Assembly: GCF_963921235.1 (NCBI RefSeq)
Contig: NC_086097.1
Span: 54,810,001-54,874,000 of the forward strand
DNA length: 64,000 nucleotides
Source of the DNA: Mobula hypostoma
Taxonomy: Eukaryota
Direction of reading: 5' to 3'
The notes beneath the pieces are model-generated. The model had not been told where the DNA came from, ran no database searches, and was given only the letters and a program-made list of their open reading frames with translations. The position numbers and the translations under genes are program-made. This document shows positions 21,977 to 35,399 of the stretch, piece by piece. How positions within the stretch are numbered: the first letter of the stretch is position 1; every line of letters starts with the position of its first letter.

Positions 21977-23944
21977 AGACCTATTGTCTCAGCTTGCTCC
22001 TGCCCCACCGAACTCATTTCTGCATACCTCGACACGGTTTTATTCCCCCTTGTTCAATCCCTTCCGACCTATGTTCGTGACACTTCTCACGCTCTTAAAC
22101 TTTTCGATGATTTTAAGTTCCCTGGCCCCCACCGCTTTATTTTCACCATGGATGTCCAGTCCCTATATACTTCCATCCCCCATCAGGAAGGTCTCAAAGC
22201 TCTACGCTTCTTTTTGGATTCCAGACCTAATCAGTTCCCCTCTACCACCACTCTGCTCCGTCTAGCGGAATTAGTCCTTACTCTTAATAATTTCTCCTTT
22301 GGCTCCTCCCACTTCCTCCAAACTAAAGGTGTAGCTATGGGCACCCGTATGGGTCCTAGCTATGCCTGCCTTTTTGTTGGCTTTGTGGAACAATCTATGT
22401 TCCGTGCCTATTCTGGTATCTGTCCCCCACTTTTCCTTCGCTACATCGACGACTGCATTGGCGCTGCTTCCTGCACGCATGCAGAGCTCGTTGACTTTAT
22501 TAACTTCGCCTCCAACTTTCACCCTGCCCTCAAGTTTACCTGGTCCATTTCCGACACCTCCCTCCCCTTTCTAGATCTTTCTGTCTCTGTCTCTGGAGAC
22601 AGCTTATCCACTGATGTCTACTATAAGCCTACTGACTCTCACAGCTATCTGGACTATTCCTCTTCTCACCCTGTCTCTTGCAAAAACGCCATCCCCTTCT
22701 CGCAATTCCTCCGTCTCCGCCGCATCTGCTCTCAGGATGAGGCTTTTCATTCTAGGACGAGGGAGATATCTTCCTTTTTTAAAGAAAGGGGCTTCCCTTC
22801 CTCCACTATCAACTCTGCTCTTAAACGCATCTCCCCCATTTCACGTACATCTGCTCTCACTCCATCCTCCCACCACCCCACTAGGAATAGGGTTCCCCTG
22901 GTCCTCACCTACCACCCCACCAGCCTCCGGGTCCAACATATTATTCTCCGTAACTTCCGCCACCTCCAACGGGATCCCACCACTAAGCACATCTTTTCCT
23001 CCCCGCCTCTCTCTGCATTCCGCAGGGATCGCTCCCTACACGACTCCCTTGTCCATTCGTCCCCCCCATCCCTCCCCACTGATCTCCCTCCTGGCACTTA
23101 TCCGTGTAAGCAGAACAAGTGCTACACATGCCCTTACACTTCCTCCCTTACCACCATTCAGGGCCCCAAACAGTCCTTCCAGGTGAGGCAACACTTCACC
23201 TGTGAGTCGGCTGGGGTGATATACTGCGTCCGGTGCTCCCGATGTGGCCTTTTATATATTGGCGAGACCCGATGCAGACTGGGAGACTGCTTTGCTGAAC
23301 ATCTACACTCTGTCCGCCAGAGAAAGCAGGATCTTCCAGTGGCCACGCATTTTAATTCCACATCCCATTTCCATTCTGACATGTCTATCCACGGCCTCCT
23401 CTACTGTAAAGATGAAGCCACACTCAGGTTGGAGGAACAACACCTTATATTACCTCTGGGTAGCCTCCAACCTGATGGCATGAACATCGACTTCTCTAAC
23501 TTCCGCTAATGCCCCACCTCCCCCTCGTACCCCATCTGTTACTTATTTTTATACATACTTTCTTTCTCTCACTCTCCTTTTTCTCCCTCTGTCCCTCTGA
23601 ATATACCTCTTGTTCATCCTCTGGGTCCCGCCCCCCCCCGTCTTTCTTCCCGGACCTCCTGTCCCATGATCCTCTCGTATCCCTTTTGCCTATCACCTGT
23701 CCAGCTCTTGGCTCCATCCCTCCCCCTCCTGTCTTCTCCTATCATTTTGGATCTCCCCCTCCCCCTCCAACTTTCAAATCCCTTACTCACTCTTCCTTCA
23801 GTTAGTCCTGACGAAGGGTCTCGGCCTGAAATGTCGACTGCACCTCTTCCTTGAGATGCTGACTGGCCTGCTGCGTTCACCAGCAACTTTTATGTTGTGT
23901 TGCTTGAATTTCCAGCATCTGCAGAATTCCTGTTGTTTGCGTTT
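21977..23944 (+). mobile_element. Young 5'-truncated Penelope-like retroelement
   Basis: Open frame from ~21977 to 23509, pyrimidine-rich 3' UTR, terminal repeat with hammerhead core ctgacga..gaaa.gtc at ~23808-23835. Confidence 0.95.
22148..23509 (+). CDS. Penelope RT + GIY-YIG endonuclease (453 aa from internal ATG; frame open ~57 codons further upstream; N-terminus missing)
   Basis: DVQSLYTSIP, GVAMGTRMGPSYA, LRYIDD, VYYKPT, C..C...C/CES linker, VIYCVRCSRC.LLYIGET, terminal GMN. Confidence 0.93.
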   Translation: MDVQSLYTSIPHQEGLKALRFFLDSRPNQFPSTTTLLRLAELVLTLNNFSFGSSHFLQTKGVAMGTRMGPSYACLFVGFVEQSMFRAYSGICPPLFLRYIDDCIGAASCTHAELVDFINFASNFHPALKFTWSISDTSLPFLDLSVSVSGDSLSTDVYYKPTDSHSYLDYSSSHPVSCKNAIPFSQFLRLRRICSQDEAFHSRTREISSFFKERGFPSSTINSALKRISPISRTSALTPSSHHPTRNRVPLVLTYHPTSLRVQHIILRNFRHLQRDPTTKHIFSSPPLSAFRRDRSLHDSLVHSSPPSLPTDLPPGTYPCKQNKCYTCPYTSSLTTIQGPKQSFQVRQHFTCESAGVIYCVRCSRCGLLYIGETRCRLGDCFAEHLHSVRQRKQDLPVATHFNSTSHFHSDMSIHGLLYCKDEATLRLEEQHLILPLGSLQPDGMNIDFSNFR

Positions 23945-24119
23945 ATAACTTTGACTCCTCTGCGTTTGATCGTTTTTGCTCTCGTTCATCTACACTCTCA
24001 CAAAACACAAAGCAGGCCTGTTGTGGGTAATGAAGGATTTTTTCGCCAGAGCTTTTGCACATATGTGATTTGCTTGCTGAAGGTCACTTTAAAAAGTCAA
24101 GTTTCCAAATATCACTCCA

Positions 24120-27100
24120 TCATCATCATCATCAGGTGCCGTGCCCAGTTTGAGCTTTGACTGCCATGGCCCACACACACTTCTGTTTCGGGTCAAGTGG
24201 ATCAATTCATTGGTATTCATTTCCAGTTCTCTGGCTGCTGTCTCCATCATCATTTGTCTTTGTCTTCCTCTTGCTTTCTTCCCTTCAATCTTTCTCATAA
24301 TTACCATGTATTCTAATTCCTCTTTCCTAATCACATGTCCAATGAAGTTACATTGCCTTTTCATGATCTTATATATTATTTCTTTTTGTGTTTGCTCTGT
24401 TCATGACATCCTCATTAGATATTTGTTTCGTCCATGATATTCTTTGCATCCTCCTCAAAAATCAGATCTCTGCTGCTACAATTCGTTTCCTCATGTTACT
24501 AGATATTGTCCAACATCCTGAGACATATAACATAACTGGATAAATGTAACATTTCAATACTCTGAGGTGGATTGTCATACCTAGTTTAGTATTGGTCAGT
24601 ATACTCTTCATTCTCGTAAAGGTGTCTTTTGCCATCCCTATTCTTCTTTTGATGTCCAAGTCGCACCTGCCATCTGATGTCACCCAGCTTCCTAAGTAGC
24701 AAAAGTTCTGTACTTGTTTTATGTCTTCCCCATTTATTCTCAGCCTGCAGATAGGATTCTCCTTCTTTTTGGATATCACCATACATTCTGTCTTTTTGCA
24801 ATTGATACATAGACCCATTTTTGCACTTTCTTCAACAACTAAAGTTTTGTAGTTCTTCCTCCGTACTTGCAATTAACACAGTGTCATCCGCATATCTGAA
24901 ATTATTGATGTTTTCACCGCCAACTTTGATTCCCAAGACGTCTCTTATTTTTTGTAATATTGTTCACTACACATTAAATAAATCAGGGGAGAAAACACAC
25001 CCTTGTCTAACACCTCTCTTGATTTTCGTAAAATGACTTACTTCTCCATCTATTCTTACAGCGGCAGTTTGTTCCCAGTGCAGATTTCTGATTAGGCAGA
25101 GGTCTTTCAAATCTGATCTAGAGTTTCCTATAATATTTCAAATAACTTATTGTGCTTCACTTTATCAAATGCTTTTGTGTAGTTGATAAAACAAACAAAT
25201 CTTTTTGCACTTGAATAGCTTGTTCTGATAGTATCCTTAACATCAATATTGCTTTTCTTGTACCTTTGTCTTTCACAAAACCACATTGTTCTTTGCCTAT
25301 TTCAGCTTGTATCTTATTTTTAGCTCTTGTCATCAAAATTCTTAGAAGTATCTTGGTGATATGACTCATTAAACTTATGGTCCTATGTAATTCACATTCT
25401 ATTGCTCCAGGTTTCTTAGGAAGAGTGATAAATACTGATTTTTTTCATCTCTTCTGGTATTATTCCAGTCTCATAAATGTCATTGATTAAATCAGTAAAT
25501 TTTTCAATTCCATAATCTTCAAGGGCAATAATTTGTTCTATTACTAATTCATCAGGACCTGCTGCCTTTCCTTTCTTCATCTTATTTATTGCATTACGAA
25601 CTTCAGAGTTTAAATGTTTTTCTTAATTTCTGTTTTTCGCCTCGATTGTCTTCAAACAATTCCTGAATATACTCAGTCCATCTGTTCATAATCTCATCTT
25701 TTTCCATGATAATGTTACCATCGTTTGCTTTCAAACATAGGAGCTTTTTATCAGTGATATTCTTGATTTGTTGATGTAACCTTTTTGGATCAGTAATAGG
25801 GATTCTTTCTATTTGCTCACATTCCTGGTTTAACCATTCTTCTTTGGCTTTTTGACATAAGCTTTTAACTTTTTTTATCTAAGAACTTATATTTTATAGG
25901 ATTTACTTTCTTCCGTCTCCTTTCTTCCATTAGATTTTGATGTCATCTGTCACCCATTTATTCTTTGTGCTTTTTTCTTTTTTAGGAATCACTGACTTTG
26001 CTGATTCTACCAAGGCATCCTTTAGAGAGTTAAACTTCATTTCTACATGATTGCCATCATCTTCAACAGATTCTATTTCTAGACTTTGAAATCTATTCCT
26101 TACTTCAATTGTAAATTTTTGTCTTAAGTTTTCTTCTTTAATTAACTGCAAGTAGTCAAGGGATTCTTCAGGTTTTTGCCTCTAGTTTTTTTAGGTTTTA
26201 CTTTTACATGACATACTACTGGGTTATGGTCACTATTACAGTATGCATTGAGTCACTGAGTTTCTAAATCTTTCGTTTATAGTAATAAAGTCAATTTGAT
26301 TTCCAGTGTTATCACCTGGACTTTTCCAGGTCCACAAGCGTCTTGGGTGGTTTTTAAAGTACAAATGTTTGTAGGTATTCATAATGACCTGATTATTCAT
26401 CTTGCACCATTCTACCCATTTCTCACCTCTTTCATTTCTTTCCCCTAGTCCAAATTTTCCTATGGTATTTCCATCAGCACCTTGTCCTACTTTAGCATTT
26501 AGATCTCCCATGACAATAACAATATCTTGAGATTTGTATCATTTCTTTGTTTGTTCAAGCTCTTCATAGAATTTATCCATATCTTCATTTGTTCCATCTG
26601 TTGTTGGTGCATATATCTATATAATTGCTAAATCAAATGGTTGTCCTCTGAATCTAAAAAGGAGCATTCTTTCTGATATTGCCCAATGTCCTAAAACACT
26701 TTTTGCCATGTTTTCATCCATAAGAATTCCTACTGTATTGGTATGGGATGTTCCACAAGAATAAACTAGAGTTTTATTTCTAATCTGACATGTTCCAGCA
26801 CCTATCCAACGAACTTTGCTAATTCCCATGATGTTAATCTTTAGTCTTTCCATTTCATTTATCACATTGTCCAATCTTCCTGCTTGATATAGGGTTCTTA
26901 CATTCCAAGTGGCAATAATTTTCTTTTGTGTTACTTTAATTTTATGAGCAGTAGCTTGATGACGGTTGGGGATCCCCTGCTGGCCAGAATCAACCCTACC
27001 GAGCGAAACATCTTCAGAGTTGTCTTGAAGATCCTCTTGACGCTGTTGTTGTGTGATACATTTTGTGAGTTTGACCATGGTTTTCTTAGCAAATTGCAAC

Positions 27101-27428
27101 AGTGGTTTGCTATTACCTACCACTGGGCGAACTAAAGAAATCGCCATTTCTCTTCCCAAATGTTCATCCGTCTGTACTATAGCCATTGACATTTGAGGCC
27201 CTAGCTCATCGGCCTTCTCCATCATAAGTTCAGTTCCTGAACCTGCCAGATCTGCTGTTGGCCTTCGCTCATATTCTGAGCAGGAACCCTTGCAGGTGCT
27301 ACCGTTCCAGGTCAGAGTGGCCCTGGGAGCAATGAATGACTGAGGGGTAACTCTACTTTTCCCAAAGCTCTGAAAGTCCCCAGTCAGAGCCTCATCACTG
27401 GTAAAAGTTTAGAATCATATCCAAGACT
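24120..27428 (-). mobile_element. Full-length but decayed RTE-clade LINE (~3.3 kb)
   Basis: APE (IATWNVRTL, MGDLNAKVG, NQIDFI) and RT (SHITKILLRIL, FCYLGSWVTSDGRC) fragments. (GAT)n 3' tail at 24120-24134. TSD aaatatcactcca / aaatattactcca (24107-24119, 27429-27441). Confidence 0.93.
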
Positions 27429-29589
27429 AAATATTACTCCACTTCTCCCAATTACAAATATTTTGCATTGCTACAATACACACAGGTAACACCAATTTCT
27501 GTATTGTATATTAATAATTCTCGTAGCTGCATGTTCCTGACCTCATGAGCTTTTGGTGTAGCAGTTTCTACTGTTTCATTAAGCCATTCCACTTTAAATG
27601 AATTAGCAGTTCTTTTGTGCTTCACACCCTTTGCTCCTTTGGAATTTGATATAGTGAATCAATAATTTCTTCAATAAAAACAGTATAAGTAAGCCAGTTC
27701 TAAAATCCACAGAGAAGTCATTACAAACTTCACATTGTCAACACTGTCCACATCAGGAACTGGAAAAGGAAATGTGATTGTGTACAATCGTGAAATATAC
27801 TTAACGTGCCAGTGAGGTCGAGGGTGACAACCTTTTGTGCACAGTTTAAATTCCTTTGTGCGCTAGTAGCAAAAGATGTGTGCGTGTGCACACCTCAGTG
27901 GGAACATTGTTCATGAGGGAGATCGGCAAATGTAAGCCATCAAAGAAAACAGAAAAATAGCAACTGAGAACCAAATATAAAATCTGAGCTGTTGCAGGAC
28001 AGAAAGAAGAGAATTCAATTTTAAACTATTTGATATCAATGTTTTGTTGACAAATATATATTGGGTTTAGAGCAGAAAGGTAAGAGTTCGATGGGATAAG
28101 ATGAGAAGATGGAAAATAGAATAAGAGAGTGATAGACCTTGGGTAAAGGGAGAATGGTGGTAGTGACACAGCAGTGATGGAATGGAGAGCAGAGGGAAAT
28201 AGCATGATATTGGGGGTTGTAGAGCAATAGGTTGGAGAGGGGTAATGGGGGGAAGAAAAGGATTGAGAGAAGCGGTCAGGGAGGAGTTTAGGAGAGGAGG
28301 ACCAAGGAAGGTAAAGAAGGATTTAGGAGAGCAGGCACTAAGGAAGAGCACGAGTGCCCATGTGCACATGTGAAGTGTGAGTGTATCTCAGCACAGGAGA
28401 ATGTTCACTGCAGTCATAACACCGGATTTTTTCCTGCTTAAATTTTGTTTTTTTCCCCACATTTTCATTGAAATAATCTAGAGTTTCTCAAACCAGTTAC
28501 TACTAACTCACAATAAATGCATGCCTTCATTTGGACAAGTACTCACAAACGATAATGAACCCTGAAGTGACTCTTCAGAGACCAAGAATTTTAAATCTAG
28601 CACTACCTAACAGTGGTGATTCCCATCCTCCTGTGTGCTTCTGAGGCAAAGCTAAGCTTCAAGACATTTCCCAAAACAGTGGAGAAATAACACTGATACT
28701 GTCTCCACAAATACTCTGAATCTCTGGGCAGAATGAGAACTAGGATTAGTGTCATCTCCCAATCCAACATATCCAGTATCCAGGCTCTAATCATATTCAA
28801 CCTGCTCTGGTTGTCTATTAGATCACCTGTAAGCCCACTACCAAGGTCCCAAGGAAAGGCAGTAAAGTGGATCCCAGTTAACTGGGCCATTTGTTAATCG
28901 GGGCAGCCACTTAGTTGGGACAACTCTTAAAGAACACAAGCTAATCGAGAAAATAGCTAAGATTCCCTTTGTTTATTTGGGATACTGTACCATCTAATTG
29001 AGACAGGAGCATCGGTCAGTCATGTGCATTTTGTCTGGCCATTAGGCACTACCCCATTCTTAGAGTGAACGGTTTTTAAACAGCGTCACTTGCATGCATG
29101 TGTTCAAAAAGCAGCGATTTTTGTCACTGATAGTTGACAAGTAATAAACAGTTAGATAATTCAGAACTGTTTTGCTCGCTGCAGTTTCAAGCATTCAGAC
29201 TTAGAGATGCCAGAAATGGCCGGGAGTGAAAGTGAAAAGACTTCACCACTTCACGTTAGGAACTATGTAGAATTTGAAGGTACCAACAATCATCTTGAAT
29301 GTTACGATTAAAATGAGGACTTGGAAAATGCAATTGCCAAAGAGCAGTCCATTATCTCCACTAGGGTTTGTGCTGATTTTGTTCATTTAGTCAATCAAAA
29401 GAACACCAGCGTACACTGAATGAATTCCTCTGTCGATAACTATTAGTTTTATAGTACTGCAGTAGCATTGTTAATGTTCTAATTTATTTTGTTCTTCATT
29501 TTAATACAAAATTTGTTACTCAGTTAAATAGTAGTTTCTCTATTTTATACCTTTTTAACTGTTTCCATGAAACTTCAGCCAATTGGGGG

Positions 29590-30263
29590 AGCAGGTACAG
29601 CAAGCAGTTAAGAAAGCTAATAGCATGTTGGCCTTCATAACAAGGGGAGTTGAGTATAGGAGCAAAGAGGTCCTTCTGCAGTTGTACAGGGCACTAGTGA
29701 GACCACATCTGGAGTATTGTGTACAGTTTTGGTCTCCAAATTTGAGGAAGGACATTCATGCTATTGAGGGAGTGCAGTGGAGGTTCACGAGGTTAATTCC
29801 CGGGATGGAGGGACTGTCATATGTTGAAAGATTGGAGCAACTGGGCTTGTATACACTGGAATTTAGAAGGATGAGAGGGGATCTGATTGAAACATATGAG
29901 ATTATTAAGGGATTGGACACGCTAGAGGCAGGAAACATGTTCCCGATGTTGGGGGAGTCCAGAGCCAGAGGCCACAATTTGAGAATAAGGGGTAGGCCAT
30001 TTAGAACGGAGTTGAGGAAAAACTTTTTCACCCAGAGAGTTGTGGATCTGTGGAATGCTCTGCCTCAGAAGGCAGTGGAGGCCAATTCTCTGGATGCTTT
30101 CAAGAAAGAGTTAGATAGAGCTCTTAATGATAGCGGAGTCAAGGGATATGGGGAGAAGGCAGGAATGGGGTACTGATTGTGGATGATCAGCCATGATCAC
30201 AATGAATGGTGGTGCTGGCTCAAAGGGCCGAATGGCCTGCTCCTGCACCTATTATCTATTGTC
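29590..30263 (+). mobile_element. Young CR1 3' fragment (intact ORF2 C-terminal ~195 codons)
   Basis: LVRPHLEYCVQFWSP, RRMRGDLIETY, FFTQRVVDLWNALP. ctattatctattgt tail. Confidence 0.92.
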
Positions 30264-30291
30264 TGCTTAATTGGGCCAAAATGTACTGGTC

Positions 30292-30711
30292 TCTACTTAC
30301 TGCCCATTCCGTCACTGGCATTTAGGGCAGCAATAAAGATCCTCCATCGCTGGCGGTGTTCGGCTTCCTTCATCATGTCAGTAGCTTCCTCTTGGTTTTC
30401 ACTGCCATCAGTCATGCAAGTCCTGGGTAGAGACTCAGCAATACCATCACACTCTGATGTAGAGGATTCTTCATTGCTGTTTCCAAAACAATTTTGTTTT
30501 ACCAGTCAGTGTTGTTAGCCCTGAGCTGAACCACCAAACCTGGAGATCTGGTGGACTACTTTTAGTCTGGTCTCCACCCTTTAACCTATTTGGCATGTGC
30601 GACCCTACCATGGGCCAAAGAATAAGGCCCTGTCTTCAACCAGCATAGCGCTCCGGGTCTTTGAGGCACACAAACCTCCAAACCACGACAAGGTTGTGGT
30701 CCTCTTGGAGG
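30292..30711 (-). mobile_element. 420-bp non-autonomous RTE-derived element
   Basis: 9-bp TSD gtactggtc (30283-30291, 30712-30720). 5' end ccttgtcgtggtttggagg resembles RTE 5' UTRs. Short gtaagtag tail. Confidence 0.65.
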
Positions 30712-30938
30712 GTACTGGTCCCAATGTGTCCTGATTAATGGGAATCCACTGTATTATGAATTGAAAGGCAGATACAAAGAGGCTTCAAGGAGATTTGGAC
30801 AACGTGAATGGACAATATGACAACACAGATAAATATCGAGTTATCTGCTTTGTTAAGACAAACAAAACTGCAGGTTATTTTCAAGTGAATTTAGAAGGAA
30901 AGGTTGATGTACAAAGGGATCTGGGTGTCCTGTATACC

Positions 30939-33900
30939 AGAAGACATAGGAGCAATGTCAGTCTCCCCAGCCCATCGAGTCTGCTGTGCCATTCCATCAT
31001 GGCTAATTTATTACACTCTCACCCCCATCCTCCTGCCTTCCCCCTGGGATCGCATGCTCTTACTGATCCAGAAGCTATCAGCCTCTGCTTGAAATGTACT
31101 CAGTGATTTGGCCTCCACAGCTGTCTGCAGTTATGAATTACCACCCTCTTCCTCATCATCTCTATTCTAAATGGAGGTCCTCTTCTGAAGTTGTGCCCTC
31201 TGGTCCTAGACTCACCCACTCAAGGAAACAGCTTCTCCACATCCACTCTATCTAGGCCTCTCAATATTCGATACATTCTGATGACGTTCCCCCCACCCCC
31301 CATTCTTCTAAACTCCAGTGAATATAGACACAGAACCATCAAATGCTCCTCATATGTTAACCCTTTCATTCCTGGACTATTTCTCCTGAACCTCTTCTGG
31401 GTTTTCTCCAATGCCCACATCTTTTCTTAGATTAGGGGCCCAAAACTGCTCACCGTACTTAAAGTGTGGTCTCACCAATGTCTTTTAATCCTCAGCATCA
31501 CATCCTTGCTCTTATATTCTATTCCTCTTGAAATGAATGACAACATTGCATTTGTCTTTCTTACTACTAACTTAACCTGCACATTAACCTTTAGGGAATC
31601 CTGTACTTGGTCTCCCAAGTCCCTTTGCACCTCTGATTTTTGAATTTTCTCCCCATTTAGAAGATAATCTATGTCTTTATTCCTTCTGCTAAAGTACATG
31701 ACTATACACTTCCCTACACTATATTCCATTTGCCACTTCTTTGCCAATTCTCCCAATCTGTCCAAGTCCTTCTGGAAACTCCCTACTTCCTTAATGCTAC
31801 CTGCCCTTCCACGCATCTTTGTATCATCTGCAAATATGGGCACAATGCCATCTATTCCATCCTCCAAATCATTGACATATAATGTGAAAAGTAACTGTCC
31901 CAATAATAATCTCTGTGGAACACCACAAGTCACCAATAGCCAGCCAGAATTGGCCCCTCTTATTCCCACTCCTTACCTCCTGCCAGTTAGCCAATCTTCT
32001 GTCCATGCTACTGTCCTTCCTGTAATGTCAAGAGCTCTTATCTTGTTAAGCAAACTCATGTGCAGCACCTTGACAAAGGCCTTCTGAAAATCCAAGTAAA
32101 CAATATCCACTAATGATCTTTTGTTTATCCTGTGTATTATTTCCTCAAAGAATTCCAAAAGATTTGTCAGGCGAGATTTCCTATTAAGGAGACTATGCTG
32201 ACTTTCACCTACTTTATCATGCACCTCCAAGTACCCTGAAACCTCATCCTTAATAATGGATACCAATATCTTTTTAACCACTAAAATCAGGCTGACTGGT
32301 GTATAATTTCATTTCTTCTGCCTCCCTCCATTCTTAAAGAGAGAAGTGACATTTGCAATTTTTTAGTCCTCTGGAACAATTCCAGAATCTAGTGATTCTT
32401 GAGAGATCATTACTAATGCCTCCACAATCTCGTCAGCTTCTTCTTTCAGAACCCTGGGGTGCATTCCGTCTGAGTCTAACCAGGTGACATATCTATCTTC
32501 AGACCCTTCAGCCTCCCAAGCACATTCTTCTTAGTAACAACAACTACACTCACTTCTGACCCTTGACACTCGAATTTCTAGAATACTGATAGTGCCTTAT
32601 ACAGTGGAGACTGACACAAAATACTTGTTTGTCTTTCTTCACCGTTACTACCTCTCCAGCATCATGTTCCAGTAGTCCAGTATCCACTCTCTTTTACTGT
32701 TTATATATCTAAAAAAATTGTTATCCTCTTTGATATTATTGGCTAGCTTACCTTCATACTTCACCTTTTCTGTCCTTATGGTTTTTTTAGCTGCCTTCTG
32801 TTGGATTTTAAAAGCTCCCCATTCCTCTAAATTCCCACTGATTTTTGCTATATTATATGCTCTTTCTTTTGCTTTTATGCTGTCTTTAACTTCCGTTGTC
32901 AGCCACATCCTCCCTTTAGAATACTTCATCAACTTTGGGATATATCTACCCTGCATCTTCTTAATTACCCTCAGAAGCTCCAACCTTTGCTGTTCTGACA
33001 CCATACCTGCTAATGTCCCCTTCCAATCAACTCTGGCAAGCTCTTCTCTCATGCCTCTGTAATTCACTTTATTCCACTGTAATAGTGATACATCTGACTT
33101 TATTTTTTCCCTCTCAGACTGCAGGGTGAATTCTGTCATATTATGATTACTGTTTCCTAAGGGTTTCTTTACCTTAAACTCCCAAAATAAATCTGGTTCA
33201 TTGCACAACGCCCAATCCAAAATGCCTCTCCCCTAGTAGGCTCAACCATAAGCTTCTCTAAAAAGTCATCTCATAGACATTCTACTAATTCCCTTTCTCG
33301 GGATCCACCACCAACCTGATTTTCCCAATCTGCTTGCATAATAAAATCTTCATGACTATCATAACATTGCCATCTTTACATGCTTTTTCCATCTCCCATT
33401 GTAATTTACATCCCACATCCTGGTTACTGCCTGGGGGCCTGTATGTAACTCCCATCAGGATCTTTTTACCCTTGCAGTTTCTTAACTCTACCCATAAGGA
33501 TTCCGCATTTTCTGATTCTGTGTTACCTCTTTCTAAGGATTTGATCTCAATTTTTACTAACAGAGGCACCCAACCCCTCTGACTATTTTCCAGTCCTTTC
33601 AATACAGGAGTGTCCTTAAGCTCCCAACTATGATCTTCTTTAGCCATGACTTATTTGAAGCCCTCACTGTCATACCTGCCAATTTCTAACTGTGTTAGAA
33701 GATCATCTATCTTATTCCACATACTGTGTGCATGCATTTATAACGTCTTCAGTCCTATATTCATCATCTTTTTTGAGTTTGTCCCTGTGTTACACTTCAA
33801 CTCATCCTACTGACGGCAATTTTGCCTCATCACCTGCCTGCCCTTCCTCACAGTCTCACTACACAATGCATCAATGTATATCAATTGCCCCATCCTCTGC

Positions 33901-33960
33901 CAAATTAGTTTAAATCCTCAACAGCTCTAGAAAATCTGCCCACAAAGATATTTGCCCCCC
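30939..33960 (-). mobile_element. Decayed CR1 LINE covering ORF2
   Basis: ORF fragments 33285-33647, 32648-33220, 31973-32281 (YLDFQKAF) and 31472-31969 (FADDTK). Confidence 0.9.
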
Positions 33961-35399
33961 CGTCCCTAACTCAGTTGTTAAATGCAAACATGCAGGTGAA
34001 ATAAACAGTTAAGAAGGGCATCTGACAACAATTATACAGGACCTAATGAGAACACAGCTGGAGTACTGTGTACAGTTTTAGTCTTCTTCCTAAAAACAAA
34101 ATGCAACAAAGACTTTTCAGACTGGTTCCTGGGATGGTAGAGCTTTTATCGGAGAGGACATTGAATCCACTCGGGCTCTATTACTGGAGTTTAGAAAAAT
34201 AAGAGAAAATCTCTTCTAAATGTAAAATACTGACAGGACTTGACAGGTTGGATGCAGAAAGGCTATTTCTCCTTGCTGCGGGGTCCAGAAAGATGGCTCA
34301 CTGCTTCAGGATGTGGGATAAGAAGTTTAGTATTCAGTTGAGAAGAGATTTCTTTACTGAAATGGTGGTGAACTTACGAACTTCTTTACCATAGAAGTTG
34401 TGGGAGGTCAAGTCACTGAATATATTTGAAAAGAAAACAAATAGATTTCTCGACACAGAAGGTGCAAAGGAATTCCCTTCTGTCAGTTCCTCTGCCTCTA
34501 TTGCATCTGTTCTCAGGAACATTCCAGAACATCTGCTGTATCTGTTTTTTTCAGTTAACATGATTTCCCATCCACCACAATTGATGCTGCCCTCACCCAT
34601 AGCTCCTTCACTTCCTACCCATTTCCTACCCTTCACTTCCTACCCTGTCAGTCCCTACATTGTCACGACTGGGATAGAGTTCCCCTTGTCCTCACCTTTC
34701 AGCCCACGAACCTCCATATCCACCTTGATTCTCCACAACTTCTGCATCTAGATCAGGGTCCTATTATCAGTCATATCTTTCCTCACCTCCCCCTTTCTGC
34801 TTTATAAATGACTCCTTTTCCACTCATTCCACCCCACAGATCTCCTTCCAGACACTTACCAATGCAAGTATGACATGTGCTACACTTGCCCCTACGTCTC
34901 CTCCCTCACCACCATTCAGGGTTCCAAACAGTCCTTGCATGTGAGCCAGCAAGGTGATGTTGACAGGGTCATTTATAGCATCTGGTGCTCCCAGTGTGGC
35001 CTCCTCTACATCGGTGAGACCTGACAGATTGCTGTACTCCTTCATCGAACACCTTCACTCCGCCTGCCGCAAAAGGCAGGATCTCCCAGCGGCCACTCAC
35101 TTTCATTTAACTTGCCATTACCACACAACTATGTCTATCTATCCCCTCCTCTTCTGCCATGATGAAGCGAAATGCAGGTTAGAGGAGCAACACCTTGTAT
35201 TCAGTCTGAGTCCCCTCCAACTTGATGGTATGGACATCAATTTCTATAATTAGAGTAACAACACCCAACTCTATTGTTGTTTATTTCTCTCCCCCCCCCC
35301 CCACCCCATTCTGGTGGCCCTTTCACCCTTTCTCTTCTCCTCAACTCTCATGATCTATTCATCACCTCCCTTCAGTTATCTCCTCCTTCCCTTTATTAC

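Larger units (their letters stand above)
21838..27909 (-). mobile_element. Internally deleted hAT DNA transposon containing nested Penelope and RTE insertions
   Basis: Perfect 8-bp TSD ttcatgag (21830-21837, 27910-27917). TIRs tagtgttccctctaa / tcagtgggaacattg. Transposase N-terminal Zn-finger relic (FKVEWLNE..GVTCVYCSNAK..EKWSDIWKLDFLK*..SKSH) rejoins across the RTE insertion. Confidence 0.88.
28865..30751. mobile_element. Tigger-like non-autonomous DNA transposon containing CR1 and RTE-derived insertions
   Basis: TA-flanked ends (a)agtggatcccagttaa / ttaatgggaatccactg. Subterminal ttaattgggcc-type repeats. Confidence 0.7.
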
